From: the human T2T-CHM13v2.0 reference genome, Homo sapiens
Direction: 5' to 3' (one strand)
NCBI RefSeq assembly: GCF_009914755.1
Contig: NC_060930.1
Length of the DNA stretch: 64,000 nucleotides
A program made the position numbers and the translations under genes. Within the stretch, counting starts at the first letter, position 1. Each line of letters opens with the position of its first letter. Shown piece by piece: positions 1 through 16,500 of this stretch. Below the pieces are notes generated by a model. The model had not been told where the DNA came from. It saw only the letters and a program-made list of their open reading frames with translations, and searched no databases.

Positions 1-45
1 CAAGCATTAGTAAATATGGGAAAACAAATGAAATTCTCATTAATT

Positions 46-348
46 GGCTGGGTGCAGTGGTTCATGCCTGTAATCCCAGCACTTTGGGAGGCCGAGGTGG
101 GCAGATCACAAGGTCAGGAGATTGAGACCATCCTGGCTAACAGTGAAACCCCGTCTCTACTAAAAATGCAAAAAAGAAATTAGCTGGGCGTGGTGGTGGG
201 CACCTGTAGCCCCAGCTACTCAGGAGGCTGAGGCAGGAGACTGGTGTGAACCCGGGAGGCGGAGCTTGCAGTGAGCCAAGATCACAGCACTGCACTCCAG
301 CCTGAGCGACAGAGTGAGACTCTCTCTCAAAAAAAAAAAAAAAAAAAA
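46..348 (+). mobile_element. Alu (AluY-like)
   Basis: GGCTGGGTGCAGTGG start, both arms, GCGGAGCTTGCAGTG diagnostic, poly(A) tail. Confidence 0.95.
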
Positions 349-500
349 ATTCTAATTGCTGGTAAGAGTATAAATTAGCATCACTTTGGGAAAATAATTT
401 GGTCCACGTACTAAAGCTGATCTATACATGTGCTATGATCTAGTAATTTATCTCCTTGGTATATAAACGAGAAATGTATACATGTGCTTGCCAAGCAACA
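349..500 (+). mobile_element. Old L1M 3' fragment
   Basis: Resembles L1M ORF2 end/3'UTR (TGCTGGTAAGAGTATAAATTAG...TATGATCTAGTAATTTATCTCC). Confidence 0.55.
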
Positions 501-1096
501 AAATAGAAACTAAGTTTCTATTTTGAGTTCCATTCTTCCTATTGAGTTCAAGCATTGAGTTCCATCCTTCATATTCAAGCATTCCATACTCCCTTGCCCC
601 TGAGAGTGCATCTAATTCTGGATGATTATCTAGGAGAAAGATTGGGGTATGTGAGTACCTGACTTTGTCTATCATCTATCCATGGTGGTATCTGCTGAGA
701 TGCCAGCATACTGTTTTGGGTTTTAGCACAACACAGGTTCCTACTGAGTTATCCTATAACTGTATATAAGAATTTTGATATTGCCTCCTGCAATTCCTGT
801 TGGCACTCCAGAGAGAAAGAACTCAATATTCCATTTCAAGTAAACCATAAGCATCCAAGTTCTTGTTGCTCTCCCACCAGAATGACGTCACTTTTAGATG
901 TCATGTATTCCCTCAAAGCTGTAGCCTATACCATGAGTCCTTTCCACTTGCCTCAGTAGCTAGACTTCTTAAATTCAAAAGCCGGGACATGAGTGGGGAG
1001 GAAGGAAGAGGCAACACCCCACATACACCAGATGATACCACTCCATTATCTAAAGGCTTGTAATTGCTTTTCCTTATACTCAAAATAAAATATCTA

Positions 1097-1391
<295 letters not shown>

Positions 1392-1399
1392 TAAATCTA

Positions 1400-2202
<803 letters not shown>

Positions 2203-2209
2203 AGTATGG

Positions 2210-2707
2210 TACACAGAGCCTTGCATGAGCTGGTCCTGCCTGCTTCTCCTACCTAACTGCAGCAGGCATTGTTCTGGCTTTCTACACCCCAGGGATGCTT
2301 TGAGTTCCTTAAATGCTCATAAACTGTTTCTGCCTAGCATATTTGCACATTCTTTCCTCTGTCAGGAATACACTTCCCTCAACCATTTTCCTCGCTAAAT
2401 ATTTCTCATTTTTCAAGTCTTAATTTCAATATCAGAGAGGCCTTTTCTGATGAACCAATATAAACTAAATTTCCCTGGTTTTTCCCTTTGATAGCACCCT
2501 GTTCTCTTCACTTATAGTACTTATCACAATTTGTAACTAAAACGTACTTATGTGTGATTATTTAATGTATAGCTCTTCCAATAGACTGTAAGATCCATGA
2601 AGATAGGGACCATATGTGATTAATTTACCACTCTAAACCCAGCACCCACTCCCAGAGACTCACATGTAGTAGGTGCCTAATCAACTTATGGAATAAATAC
2701 ATGAATG
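2210..2707 (+). mobile_element. L2 3' end
   Basis: TAGACTGTAAGATCCATGAAGATAGGGACC...AATAAATACATGAATG. Confidence 0.75.
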
Positions 2708-3357
2708 CTTTTTACTATGGCTACATACTTAAAATATTTCAGAAACATCCTGAATAAAATGTCCAATGAATGCCATTTCTTTGTAATCTGTCTACCAAGC
2801 AAGGCACACATTTCAGAATCAGATATATTGGTTGCATTGGTTTTGCTCCCATATTGAAAGAGTAGCTGATAGGTAGGCCCAAAGTTACAGCCAAATGAAA
2901 TGGTTCTAGCATCAGATGAAAGTGATATAGTTAGCACTTACTTTCAAAGCCTTCTAAATCTCTTCTTCCTATTTTGATTTCCATAGAAAATGGAAACTAA
3001 TCAGACACTTTTTCTGAAAAATAAATTTATTTGTACAAATTGTTCTAAAGTCCAGAGTATCTAACTTTTTTCCATTGTAGAAATAAATCAAATTATGATG
3101 GCCTTTCCTATGAAGTCTTGCTTTTTCTAAAACTATATGCCATTTAAGTCAAAGTGTAAGTCTAGGCAGATAGAGTTTTCCAGGTGGTAATAGGACAGTG
3201 ATGTAAAGAAGTTCAAAGCTACATCAAAATTAAGATGCAAAAGTACATTCAAGGAGATATTGGTAGAACTGGAAAGTAAAGATCATCAAATCATCAAATA
3301 TACAGGATGGAGCAGAACCAGCTGCAGACAATTGGAGGAGGTCCAGGTGAACACACA

Positions 3358-3470
3358 TCATTTATTTATTGATCCATTCAAAAATTCATGAGCACCTATT
3401 ATGTAACTGACACTGTTGTATATCCTGGGGATTCAGACATGATCAGCATAGACAAAAGTTTGGCTGCTCC
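3358..3470 (-). mobile_element. L2 3' end fragment
   Basis: CATTCAAAAATTCATGAGCACCTATTATGT...CCTGGGGATTCAG. Confidence 0.6.
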
Positions 3471-3474
3471 ATGG

Positions 3475-3964
3475 TCATCAGAGACCCGGGCCTCTTCCAT
3501 CTTGCCATTTCTCCATCATTAGCACATCTTCCATCTTTATGTTTCCCTGATCATCAAAAATGGCTACTGGAGATCCAGTCACTTTCTGTAAAATAGAAGA
3601 AAACTTGAAAAATTGAGGACAGACAGAATAGTGAACCATTGAGGTTATTGAAAACTCAGTGACATGAAAGGTCTGTTCATCAGGGTGTGCCAACATCCTA
3701 GTCTAACATCTAGCTCCCCAGCCAGAGAAAAGAAAAAGAGAAGGACAAAAATGTGTTTTTCAAATATGTTGCCTCTTTAAATGCTTCCCACAAACTCCAC
3801 CCAATAAGTTATAATTACTCTCATTGGCTATCTCTAATCTCAAGGTAGACTAGAAAATGAGGTCTTCTAGTTGAACACATTGCCTCCTGGGACAGAATTG
3901 ATCCTTCTCCTTAGAAAGATGAGGAAAATGGATACTGGCTTGGCAACTAGCAGCCTCTGTCACA
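3475..3964 (-). mobile_element. MLT1 (J/K-like) LTR interrupted by a 114-bp insertion
   Basis: Ends GCAACTAGCAGCCTCTGTCACA (reverse complement of the MLT1 start); AAAATGGCTACTGGAGATCCAG motif. Confidence 0.65.
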
Positions 3965-4189
3965 GAGATCATGGTTGGAGTAACGTTCCAGAGAAATTAA
4001 GTGAAGATGGGGTCTAGAGCAGGGCTACCAAGATTAGATGAAAGAGGAATACTTTTTCCTTCCTCAAGGACAGGAGCACACCCTGATGAACATACCTTTC
4101 ATGTCACTGAGTTTTCAATAACCTCAATGGTTCATTATCCTGTCTGTCCTCAATTTTTCAAGTTTTCTTCTATTTTACAGAAAGTGACT
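3577..4189. repeat. 114-bp inverted repeat (3577-3690 / 4076-4189), 3 mismatches, 385-bp spacer
   Basis: Base-by-base comparison; the same peptide appears in ORFs 3478..3696(-) and 4001..4270(+). Confidence 0.97.
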
Positions 4190-4552
4190 AATGTGGATTT
4201 ATTCTCAATACTCTGGATTGTTTTACAAAAAAAGTTTCTGTTAATTTACTACAATTATCTCAAGATTTGAGAATTGGTAATACAGTTTTTTTAAACAATT
4301 AGGTTTGCCCTTCTAATATTTTCTTTTTAAGTTTTTAACTGTTTTATAAGAAAATATGAAGTTTCTGGAATAAGTTCTTATACGCACTTAGGCACTCTCA
4401 TGAACAAGTGCCTCATCACAGTGAGACCCTCTCCACCCTTCCTACATGTTTCCATTGTCCTCCAATTCCTCCATCACTGCCACATGGTCCACCATGCTGT
4501 CTTTTTTTGTATTCCACAAATATGTCTTTTTAAGGTTAATAAAATACATTCA

Positions 4553-4910
<358 letters not shown>

Positions 4911-4979
4911 CTATTTACATGAACTCAATGGAGTTTAACTTAAATTTTTAGGCAGAGATGATTTTCTTATTATTAGTTG

Positions 4980-5292
<313 letters not shown>

Positions 5293-5671
5293 TAATTTTA
5301 TTTCAAGCCAAACACCCTGGGTTTTCCCTGGCCTTTTACTATAATCTCATTTCACATTTGCCACTGCCAGACTGGCAATGCAGCCTCCTTTCCCAAAAGA
5401 CAAGTTATTTTGAGGAGTTCCTATAACCACTCTGACTCTTCATCCTAGTTTTCCTGCCTCCATTATCAGAAGGTTTCTTTTTATGGAGCCATCATAACAC
5501 ATATAGGTTCTGCTTATGAAATGTACCTTCCTCAGAGCTCCAGAGTGTCCTGAGGTCAGATAAAAAATTTGTGTAACATTTAAGATTACTTATATACTTT
5601 GATTAAAAAATAGTCCATATCTCATTTTTTTTCATAGTAGAGAACAGTTTGCTCATATTTAAGATTTTTTA

Positions 5672-6098
<427 letters not shown>

Positions 6099-6212
6099 TC
6101 AGAGCTGCCCAAGCATCTCCAAGGACAAGCTCTGGGGACAAGCTGAGTTCAGAATTTGGGTGAATATATTTCCCAGTAAAAACTGAACCTTCCTTTAAAG
6201 AATACAACCATT

Positions 6213-6527
6213 GGCCAGGCATGGTAGCTTATGCCAGGCATGGTAGCTTATGCAATCCCAACACTTAGGAAGGTCGAGATAGGAGGATCACTTGAGCCCA
6301 AGAGTTTGAAAGCAGCCTGGTCAACATAGAAAGACCCTATCTCTGCAAAAGAAAAATTAAAAAAATTAGTCAGACATGGTGGTGTGCACCTACAGTCCCA
6401 GCTACCGGGGAAGCTGAAGCAAGAGGATCACTCAAGCCCAGGTGTTTGAGGCTGAAGTGAGCCATGATTGCATTACTGCACTCCAGCCTGGGCAACAGAG
6501 TGAGACCCTATCTGAAAAAAAAAAAAA
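6213..6527 (+). mobile_element. Alu (AluJ-like) with a 19-bp tandem duplication at the 5' end
   Basis: GCCAGGCATGGTAGCTTAT twice (6214-6251). Confidence 0.9.
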
Positions 6528-6664
6528 GTCATAGATCTAAAACAAAATAAAGCAAAACAAAAACATGCATGCACACACATCCAAAAACCAATGTAGAAAT
6601 CACTAAACAGACAAACATATTTGCCGCTAAATTTATGGCTTATAAAAATGAAAATAAAGTGGAC

Positions 6665-7430
6665 AAATAGTGGCTATTGGTTGTATTTTGTTCCTCCAGC
6701 ACACCCCTCTTTTCTGGAAGCCAGCACAGCTATTTCCTAAAAGGACTGCAATTTATGTGGTTTCAATGCAGCTGTCCTGACCCTCTCCCTGTCTCCAGTT
6801 GGGGAGGCCAGAGTGTGTCAGGATCAGCCTGGGTCTTGGCTAAGATTTCTCATGTAGAAGTTGTAAAAGAAAGGGCCTTTCTCTCTCAAAGGTGGCAAGT
6901 TGTGAGAAAAAGGAAATCTGGAGCTGCCTATAACCATCGTCCCTAACCCTAGAAATAAGTTATCTACAATAGACAAAAAAGAGGCTAATATGTAAAAGCG
7001 GTCAGGAATAGCAAGATGAAAAGAGGCAGAACCCTGAAAACAATATTTGGGATCTCGGATTCCACACATTTTCTTTTCTGCTTTAAAGAGTTTGTATGGG
7101 GTTGCCGGGCACGGTGGCTCACGCCTGTAATCCCAGCACTTTGGGAGGCCAAGGCAGGTGGATCACGAGGTCAGGAGATCGACATCATCCTGGCTAACAC
7201 TGTGAAACCCCATCTCTACTAAAAATACAAAAAAAATTAGCCAGGTGTGGTGGCATGTGCCTGTAGTCCCAGCTACTCAGGAGGCTGAGGCAGGAGAATG
7301 GTGTGAATCCGGGAGGCGGAGCTTGCAGTGAGCCAGGATCACATCACTGCACTCCAGCCTGGGCGACAGAGCAAGACTCCATCTCAAAAAAAAAAAAAAA
7401 AAAAAAGTTTGTATTGGGTTTCTGTTACTC
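6665..7430 (+). mobile_element. Old MLT1 LTR, split by an Alu
   Basis: MLT1-like start (CAGCACACCCCTCTTTTCTGG) and end (GTTTGTATTGGGTTTCTGTTACT). Confidence 0.55.
7103..7406 (+). mobile_element. Alu (AluY-like)
   Basis: Full length; TSD-like AGTTTGTAT. Confidence 0.95.
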
Positions 7431-8364
7431 ACTCTGGGTTTCCTAAGAGTGCCTGTCTACTACAGACCAGAAGACATATACACCAAACGGCATTCTGGGG
7501 AAAACTAAAGATATCTGCTGGTGTATAAAGTTATGTCTGTCTTAGACAGATTTTATAAATTTTCCAGATTGTTTTAGCAGACCTACTGTTATTCACAAAT
7601 TATTTACATTGAGTTGGTTTGATGATGTCTGCCAAGTCTTTTAACACTCCATTCTTTCAGCTAAACTCAATTACACATTTTTTAAAAAAACATGTGGGCT
7701 CTTTGCATAACTACTAGAGTCCTTTTAAACATGTTGCTGATCAATAGCACCTTCACCAATTAAAATTTAGGGATAAAAGAGGGACAAAATTCAAACCTAC
7801 CATTCCCATAGTTTTTATTAACTTCGTGAAACAGTGTGTCAAGAGAGGATATTATGGATTGAAATGAGTATTCAGAGATTTTATTTACCCATTATATTAG
7901 AGATGGTACTTTTTGCGTTACTTCATTAGGATGCTTATTTTAGATTCCCAAATCAGTTTCATTTCCTGTGCATCACTAACATTTGGAAAGGTCAGGTATT
8001 TTAAAACATCTTTATTTCCTTAAGTTGTCCCCAGAAAAGAATATTTATTTCTGGTCATTTTAATGGTTGTTGTTAAAATTATCAGCATACTACCTTGGAT
8101 GCCTTGACTTAAAAGATTGATTTCTATCATCCATCTAGCCTACCGTTGGTTAGTGAAGATATCTTCTCAATGCATTTTGAGTAATAACCAAGGTAAAAGG
8201 TGGTCATTGTTCTGAAGAACAAAGTCCCGAGTGGCACCACAGCTATAGCAACCTATAAGCAAGTGTGCCTGGCTCCAAGTCTATGTCTTATCTCTGCTAG
8301 AAAAAATGACAGGCAATTGAATGGTGTGATATTAAATTTAGAACCCAGAAAACATGGAAATTAA

Positions 8365-8695
<331 letters not shown>

Positions 8696-8797
8696 TAAAA
8701 ATGTTTTTAAGTATTGAGAACTAGCACAACCCCTGTAATCTAAGCTAAAACTCAAGAAATAAACGAAAGAAATTTTAATTTTAAAATGTTTGCATTC

Positions 8798-8928
8798 TTT
8801 TTTTTCTTTCATGAGGTGGGGTCTTGCTATGTTGGCCGGGTTTGTCTTGAACTCTTGGTCTCAAGCAACCCTCCCACCTCAGCCTCCCAGAGGGCTAGGA
8901 TTATAGGCATGAGCCACCGTGTCTGGCC
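8798..8928 (-). mobile_element. Alu monomer (FLAM/left arm)
   Basis: Single antisense arm of ~130 bp. Confidence 0.8.
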
Positions 8929-8938
8929 TAAAAAATGC

Positions 8939-9230
8939 CTTTTTTTTTTGAGACGGAGTCTCGCTCTGTCACCCAGGCTGGAGTGTAGTGGTGTGATCTC
9001 GGCTCACTGCAAGCTCAGCTTCGCGGGTTCATGCCGTTCTCCTGCTTCAGCCTCTTGAGTAGCTGGGACTGCAGACGCCTGCCACCACGCCCGGCTAATT
9101 TTTTGTATTTTTAATAGAGGCGGGGTTTCACCGTGTTAGCCAGGATGGTCTCGATCTCCTGACCTTGTGATCCGCCTGCCTCGGCCTCCCAAAGTCCTGG
9201 GATTACAGACGTGAGCCACCACACCCGGCC
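8939..9230 (-). mobile_element. Alu (AluY)
   Basis: CACTGCAAGCTC and CCGTGTTAGCCAGGATGG diagnostics. Confidence 0.95.
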
Positions 9231-10034
9231 AAAATGCTCACATTCTTAATCTTCACAGTCACCTTGAGAATGACAAGTGGCCAAAAAAGCAAGGAGAAGT
9301 GAACCATCATTCAAACTCATCCAAACTATTGAGAAGCAACTCAGAATACACATCCTGGGGATGGCTGTTCATGTACATCAGTCATATTTGTTGAGAAAAA
9401 AATATATTATTGATCTAGTCAAGATGAAGGACTTACTCTACCCTCAAGTAAACCTTAAGAACTGCCATAACTTTAACTACAGCCTTTCTCTCGCCAGAGT
9501 TAACGTATACCTACACACAATAGCGGTATTTCATTATTAACCATTTGTATTGCCTTTTTAATTTTTATAAACTGTAAACAATGGTTTTCAAACATTAAGA
9601 ACATACAACACCTCCATAAGCCACAGCAATCCATCTTCAAACAATGTAAATCCAACGACACGAGTCATACACTGGGTGAGTCAGTAAAGTCAAGGCTATG
9701 CTAAGCTAATGATTCATCATTAATCTGAATTTATATTCATGTTTCTCCATGCTTGAAGGCAAACACAAGAGATTAAATTATTTTTAAAATGCATCTTCTT
9801 GACAAACACACCAGACTGGCAAGTAAAAACGGTAACTTCATTTGATGCCAAGCTTCCCTGAAGTAAATCAGATATTTCTGCAGAACTCAGACAGAGCCAT
9901 GCGTTTCAAAAGGCCCTGAAAGGTGTGAGCCACACAAGGGAACACGAAAGAGAAACCTGAAATGCCCAGGTCCTGACCTTCTTGCATATCAGGGGTTTAT
10001 CAGGAATGTTGGAAAATAAGGAAGAGAGAGCATA

Positions 10035-10157
10035 GAGCTTCTGTTATCTTCCTGTGCAATGCAAATCACTGTATTTTCCTTAACCTCAGCTTCATTACTA
10101 TGAAATTAAAAGTGCAAATCAACCTATTTGCCTACCAGGTTATGGTAAAGACTAAAC
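10035..10157 (+). mobile_element. MIR fragment
   Basis: Degenerate core AACCTCAGCTTCATTACTATGAAAT. Confidence 0.45.
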
Positions 10158-10252
10158 ACCTCCTCCCTCAAAAAAGAGTAAAGAAAAGCATCTCTAGTCT
10201 GGCCTTGTCCCAATACCTATAATTTCCACTTATTACTGCTTTTGAATTAAGG

Positions 10253-10625
10253 CATGTATTCTCAATCCTGCTGCATGATAGGCTTACCTGGGGAGCTTTT
10301 AAAAATGTTATTGTCCAAACCCCATCCCAACCAATTAAATTACAGTCTCTGGAGGTGAGGCTTAGGCACTCATAGGTAATTTTTTGAGAGTACTCAGGTG
10401 ATTATGATGTGCGGCCATGGTTGAAAGTCACGAGAACAGCAATTGTCATAGCATGGATCTCAAACCAGCATTAGCATCACCAGCTTACTGGAAATAAAAT
10501 TTTTGGCCCCACCTCGGACCAATGGAATCAGACAGTTTAGGAGCAGGATCCAGCAATCTGATCTGCATTTTTAACAAGCCCTCCAGGGGATATTGATGTA
10601 AGCTAAACTTAGAGAACGTTGCAAT
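10253..10625. mobile_element. Two adjacent MER5 (hAT-Charlie) elements
   Basis: MER5 motifs TTCTCAA..., CAGGTGATTATGATG, AACAAGCCCTCCAGGGGAT. Confidence 0.7.
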
Positions 10626-10819
10626 AGAATAAGGTATTAAGGATCCCAGTTAAAATTCAGTGTTAACTAGAAGTGGTAACATGATGCCTTACTAGATTGA
10701 CATGTACTTTATTCTGAATCATTGGCAATTTTAATATATTAATCACTTAAACTGTTCCTGAAAGAATGAGACAGAAAATAATGAGCATAGATGGAAAAAT
10801 AAGTAGAAAAGGGATGTGG

Positions 10820-11328
<509 letters not shown>

Positions 11329-12514
11329 TGGGAGGGGTCAAGATGGCTGATTAGAAGCAGCTGAGGTCAGTGGCTCCTACCAGGAAGAATGCAGTGAGTG
11401 AGTGAATCCTGCACTTTCAACTGAGGTATCCAGGTTCTCTCATTGGGACTGACTAGGCAGTTGGTGTGACCCACGGAGAGCAAGGAAAAGCAGGGTAGAG
11501 TGACAGCCCACCTGGGATTTGCATGGGGCAAGGGGAGCTCCCACCCCAGCCAAGGAGGTGCTGAGTGATTGTGCTACCCCATCTGGGGAAACCACACTTT
11601 TTCCATGGATCTGTGCAACCTGTGGATCAGATCCCCTCCTGAGCCCCCACCACCAGGCCCTTGGGTCCCAAGCACAGAGCTGTGAAGACCCTCAGCAGCC
11701 GCTCGGGTTGTGGCCAGCAGCAGCAGGGGCGAGACTGCTTAAGACAACTGAGTTCCTAGGGATAGGGTCAACCAAAATCAATGCAGCTCCAGTTGGCCGT
11801 TTTCCCCTGCTGGTGCCAGGGAGACCAGGCAGTTTGGACCAGGAGGAATCCCCACAACATAGCACAATGGCTGTGGCAGATCGTGGCCAGACTGCTTCTT
11901 TAGGTGGGACCCGGATCCATCCCTCCTCACCAAGCAGGGTCTCCCTGCAGGAGTTTCAGCAACTCCAGCTAGGGGTTTACAGACAGAATTCTGATGTCTC
12001 TGGGACACAGCCCCTGATGGGAGAGGTGGCCATGGTCTCCATGGTTCAGGGGACTTAGTCTTTGCCACCTGGGCAGTCTGGAGGAGGGGAATCCCCCCAG
12101 TGCAGTGCACCTGCTCCCTAGAGGGGCAGACAGAGTGCTTTATTAAGTGGGTCCCTAATCCCGTGCCTCCTGACTGGGTGAGACCCCCCCGCCCAACAGG
12201 GGTCACCAGACACCTCATATATGTTCTAGCCAGCATCAGGTTTGTACCCCTCTGGGACAGAGTTCCCAGAGGCAGGAGCAGACAGCCATCTTTGCTGTTC
12301 TCCAGCCTCCACTGGTGACACCTCCAGGTGTGGGAGGGACCCAGGTGAATAGGTTCTGGAGTGGACCCCCAGCAAACCACAGCAGCCCAATGGAAAAGGG
12401 GCCTGACTGTTAGAAAAACAAACAGAAAGCAACAACGTCAACAAAAAAGACCCCACAAAAACCCCATCCAAAGGTCAGCAGCCTCAAAGATTGAAGGTAG
12501 ATAAGTTCACAAAG

Positions 12515-13527
12515 ATGAGAAAGAATCAACATAAAAACACTGAAAACTCAAAAAGCCAGAGTGCCTTTTCTCCTCCAAATGATCATAACACCTCCCCAGC
12601 AAGGGCACAGAACTGGGCTGAGGCTGAGATGGATGAACTGATAGACGTAGGCACCAGAAAGTGGGTAGTAACAAACTTCGCTGACCTAAGGGAGTATATT
12701 CTAACCCAATGCAAAGAAGCTAAGATCCATGATAAAACATTATAGGATGTGTTAACCAGAAAAACCAGTTTAAAGAGAAACATAAATGACCTGATGGAGC
12801 TGAAAAACACAATATGAGAACTTCACAATGCAACCACAAGTATTGATAGTCAAATAGACCAAGCAGAGGAAAGAATCTCAGAGCTTGAAGACTATCTTGC
12901 TGAAATAAGACAGGGAGACGAGATTAGAGAAAAAAGAATGAAAAGGAACAAAAAAAACCTCTGAGAACTATGGGATTATGTAAAAAGACCTAACCTATGA
13001 CTGACTGGGGTACCTGAGATGGGGAGACAGAACAAAGTTGGAAAACATGCTTCAGGATATCATCCAGGAGAACTTCCCAACCTAGCAATACAGGCCAACA
13101 TTCAAATTTCAGAAAATCCAGAGAACCCCAGTAAGATACTCCATGAGAAGATCAACCCCAAGACACATAATCATCAGATTCTCTCAGGTTGAAATGAAGG
13201 AAAAAAATGTTAAGTGCAGCCAGAAAGAAAGGTCAGGTCACCTACAAAGGGAAGTCCATCAGACCAACAGTCGACCTCTCAGCAGAAACCCTACGAGCCC
13301 AAAGAGATTGGGGGGTTGGTATTCAACATTCTTAAAGAAATTTCCAACCCAGAATTTCATGTCCAGCCAAACTAAGCTTCATAAGTGAAGGAGAAATAAA
13401 ATCCTTTTCTGACAAGCAACTGCTGAGGGAATTCAACACCACCAGGCCTGTCTTGTGAGTGCTCTTAAAGGAAGCACTAAATGTGGAAAGAAAAAACTGT
13501 TACCAGACACTACAAAAAACACACTGA
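12515..13527 (+). pseudogene. L1 ORF1p remnant, disrupted
   Basis: MRKNQHKNTENSKSQSA... and MRRSTPRHIIIRF...; stops and frameshifts. Confidence 0.9.
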
Positions 13528-13596
13528 GTATACAGACCAATGACACTATGAAGCAACTACATTAACAAGTCTGCAAAATAACTAGCTAGCATAATG

Positions 13597-16500
13597 ATGA
13601 CAAAATCAATTTCACACATAACAATATTAACCTTAAATGGAAATGGGCTAAATACGCTAATTAAAAGACCACAGAATGGCAAGCTGGATAAAGAGTCAAG
13701 ACCCATACGTGTGCTGTATTCAAGAGACCCATCTCACATGCAAAGACACACATAGGCTCAAAATAAAGGAATGGAGGAAAATTTGCCAAGCAAAAGGGAA
13801 GCAGAAAAAAGCAGGAGTTGCAATCCTAGTTTCCAACAAAAGAGACTTTAAACCAACAAAGATCAAAAAAGACAAATAAGGGTATTATGTAATGGTAGAA
13901 GGGTCAACTCAACAAGAAGATCTAACTATCCTAAATATATATATACACCCAAATAGGAGCACCCAGATTCATAAAACAAGTTCTTAGAGACCTACAAAGA
14001 GACTTAGACTCTCACAAAATAATAATAGGAGACTTTAACACCACACTGTCAATATTAGACAGATCATCAAGACAGAAAATTAACAAAAATATTCAGGACT
14101 TGAACTCTGGATCAAGTGGACCTGATAGATATCTACAGAAGTCTCCACCCAAAAAACAACAGTATGTACATTCTTCTCAGCACCACATGGCATTTACTCT
14201 AAAATTGATCACATAATTGGAAGTAAAATACTTCTCAGCAAATGCAAAAGAACTGAAATCATGTCAGTCTCAGACCACAGCACAATCTAATTAGAACTCA
14301 AGATAAGGAAAACCACACAACTACATGGAAATTGACCAACCTAACCCTGAATGACTCCTGGGTAAATAATGAAATTAAGGCAGAAATTAAGTTCTTTAAA
14401 ACTAATGAGAACAAAGAGACAGCATACCAGAATCTCTGGGATGCAGCTAAAGCAGTAGTAAGAGGGAAATTTATAGTACTAAATGCCCACATCAAAAAGC
14501 TAGAAAGATCTCAAGTTAACAACCTAACATCTCAACTAAAAGAACTAGAGAACCAAGAGAAAACAAATCCAAAACTAGCAGAAGAAATAACCAAGACCAG
14601 AACAGGAAATGAAGGAGCTAGAGACCAAAAAAACCCTTCAAAAAATTATCGAATCCAGGAACTGTTTATTTGAAAAAATTAATAAAATAGATAGACCACT
14701 AACTAGACTAATAAAGAAGAAAAGAGAGCAGAATAGACACAATAAGAAATGATTAAGGGAATATCACCACTGACCCCACAGAAATACAAACAACCATCAG
14801 AGAATACTATAAACACCTCTACACAAGTAAACTAGAAAATCTAGAAGAAATGGATAAATTCCTGGACACATAAATCCCCCAAGACTAAACCAGGAAGAAG
14901 TTGAATTCCTGAATAGACCAATAATGAGTTCTGAAATTGAAGCAGTAATAAATAGCCTAACAACCAAAAAAGCAGCCCGGGACCAGGTGGATGTACAGCT
15001 GAATTCTACCAGAGGCACAAATAGGAGTTTGTACCATTTCTTATTAAACAATTCCAAACAATTGAAAAGGAGGGCCTCCTCTCTAACTCATTTTATGAGG
15101 CCAGCATCATCCTGATACCAAAACATGGAAGAGATACAACAAAAAAAGAAAACTTCAGGCCAATATCCCTGATGAACATCAAAGCGAAAATCCTCAATAA
15201 AATTCCGGCCAAACAAATCCAGCAGCACATCAAAAAGCTTATCCACCACAATCAAGCCAGCTTCATCCCCAGGATGCAAGGCTTGTTCAACCTATGCAAA
15301 TCAATAAATGTAAGTCATCACATAAACAGAACTAGAGACAAAACCACATGATTATCTCAATAGATGCAGAAAAGGTCTTCAATAAAATTCAACATCCCTT
15401 CATGTTAAAAACTCTCAATAAACTAGATATTGAGGGAACATATCTCAAAATAATAGCAATTTATGACAAATTGACAGCCAATACCATACTGAATGGGCAA
15501 AAGCTGGAAGCATTCCATTTGAAAACCAGCACAAGACAAGGATGCCCTCCCTCACCACTCCTATTTAACATAGTATCAGAAAGTTCTGGCTAGAGCAATC
15601 AAGAAGAGCAAGAAATAAAGCATATTCAAATAGGAAGAGAGGAAAGCAAATTGTCTTTGTTTGCAGATGACATGATCCTATATCTAGAAAACCCCATCAT
15701 CTCAGCCCAAAAGCTTCTTAAGCTGATAAGCAACTTCGGCAAAGTCTCAGGATACAAAATCAGTGTGCAAAAATCACAAGCATTTCTATACACCAACAGC
15801 AGACAAGTAGAGAGCCAAATCACGAATGAACTCCCATTCACGATTGCTACAAAGAGAATAAAATACCTAGGAATACAGCTAACAAGGGAAGTGAAGGACT
15901 TCTTCAAGGAGAACTACAAACCACTGCTCCAAGGAAATAAGAGAGGACACAAACAAATGCAAAAACATTCCAAGCTGATGGATAGGAAGGATCAATATCA
16001 TGAAAATGGCCATACTGCCCAAAGTAATTTATAGATTCAATGCTATTCCCCTTAAACTACCATTGACATTCTTCACAGAATTAGAAAAAACTATTTTAAA
16101 ATTTATATGGAAACAAAAAAGAGCCCATATAGCCAAGACAATCCTAAGCAAAAAGAACAAAGCTGGAGGTATCATGCTACCCAATTTCAGACTATACTAC
16201 AAGGCTACAGTAACCAAAACAGCAGGACACTGGTACAAAAACAGAAACATAGACCAAAGGAACAGAATAGAGAACTCAGAAATAAGTCTGAGCATCTACA
16301 ACTATCTGATCTTTGACAAATCTGACAGAAACAAGCAATGGGGAAAGCATTCCCTATTTAATAAATGGTCCTGGGAGAACTGGCTAGCCATATGCAGAAA
16401 ATGGAAACTGGATCCCTTTGTTACACCATATACAAAAATTAACTCAAGATGGATTAAAGACTCAAATGTAAAACCCAAAACTATAAAAGCCCTAGAAGAA

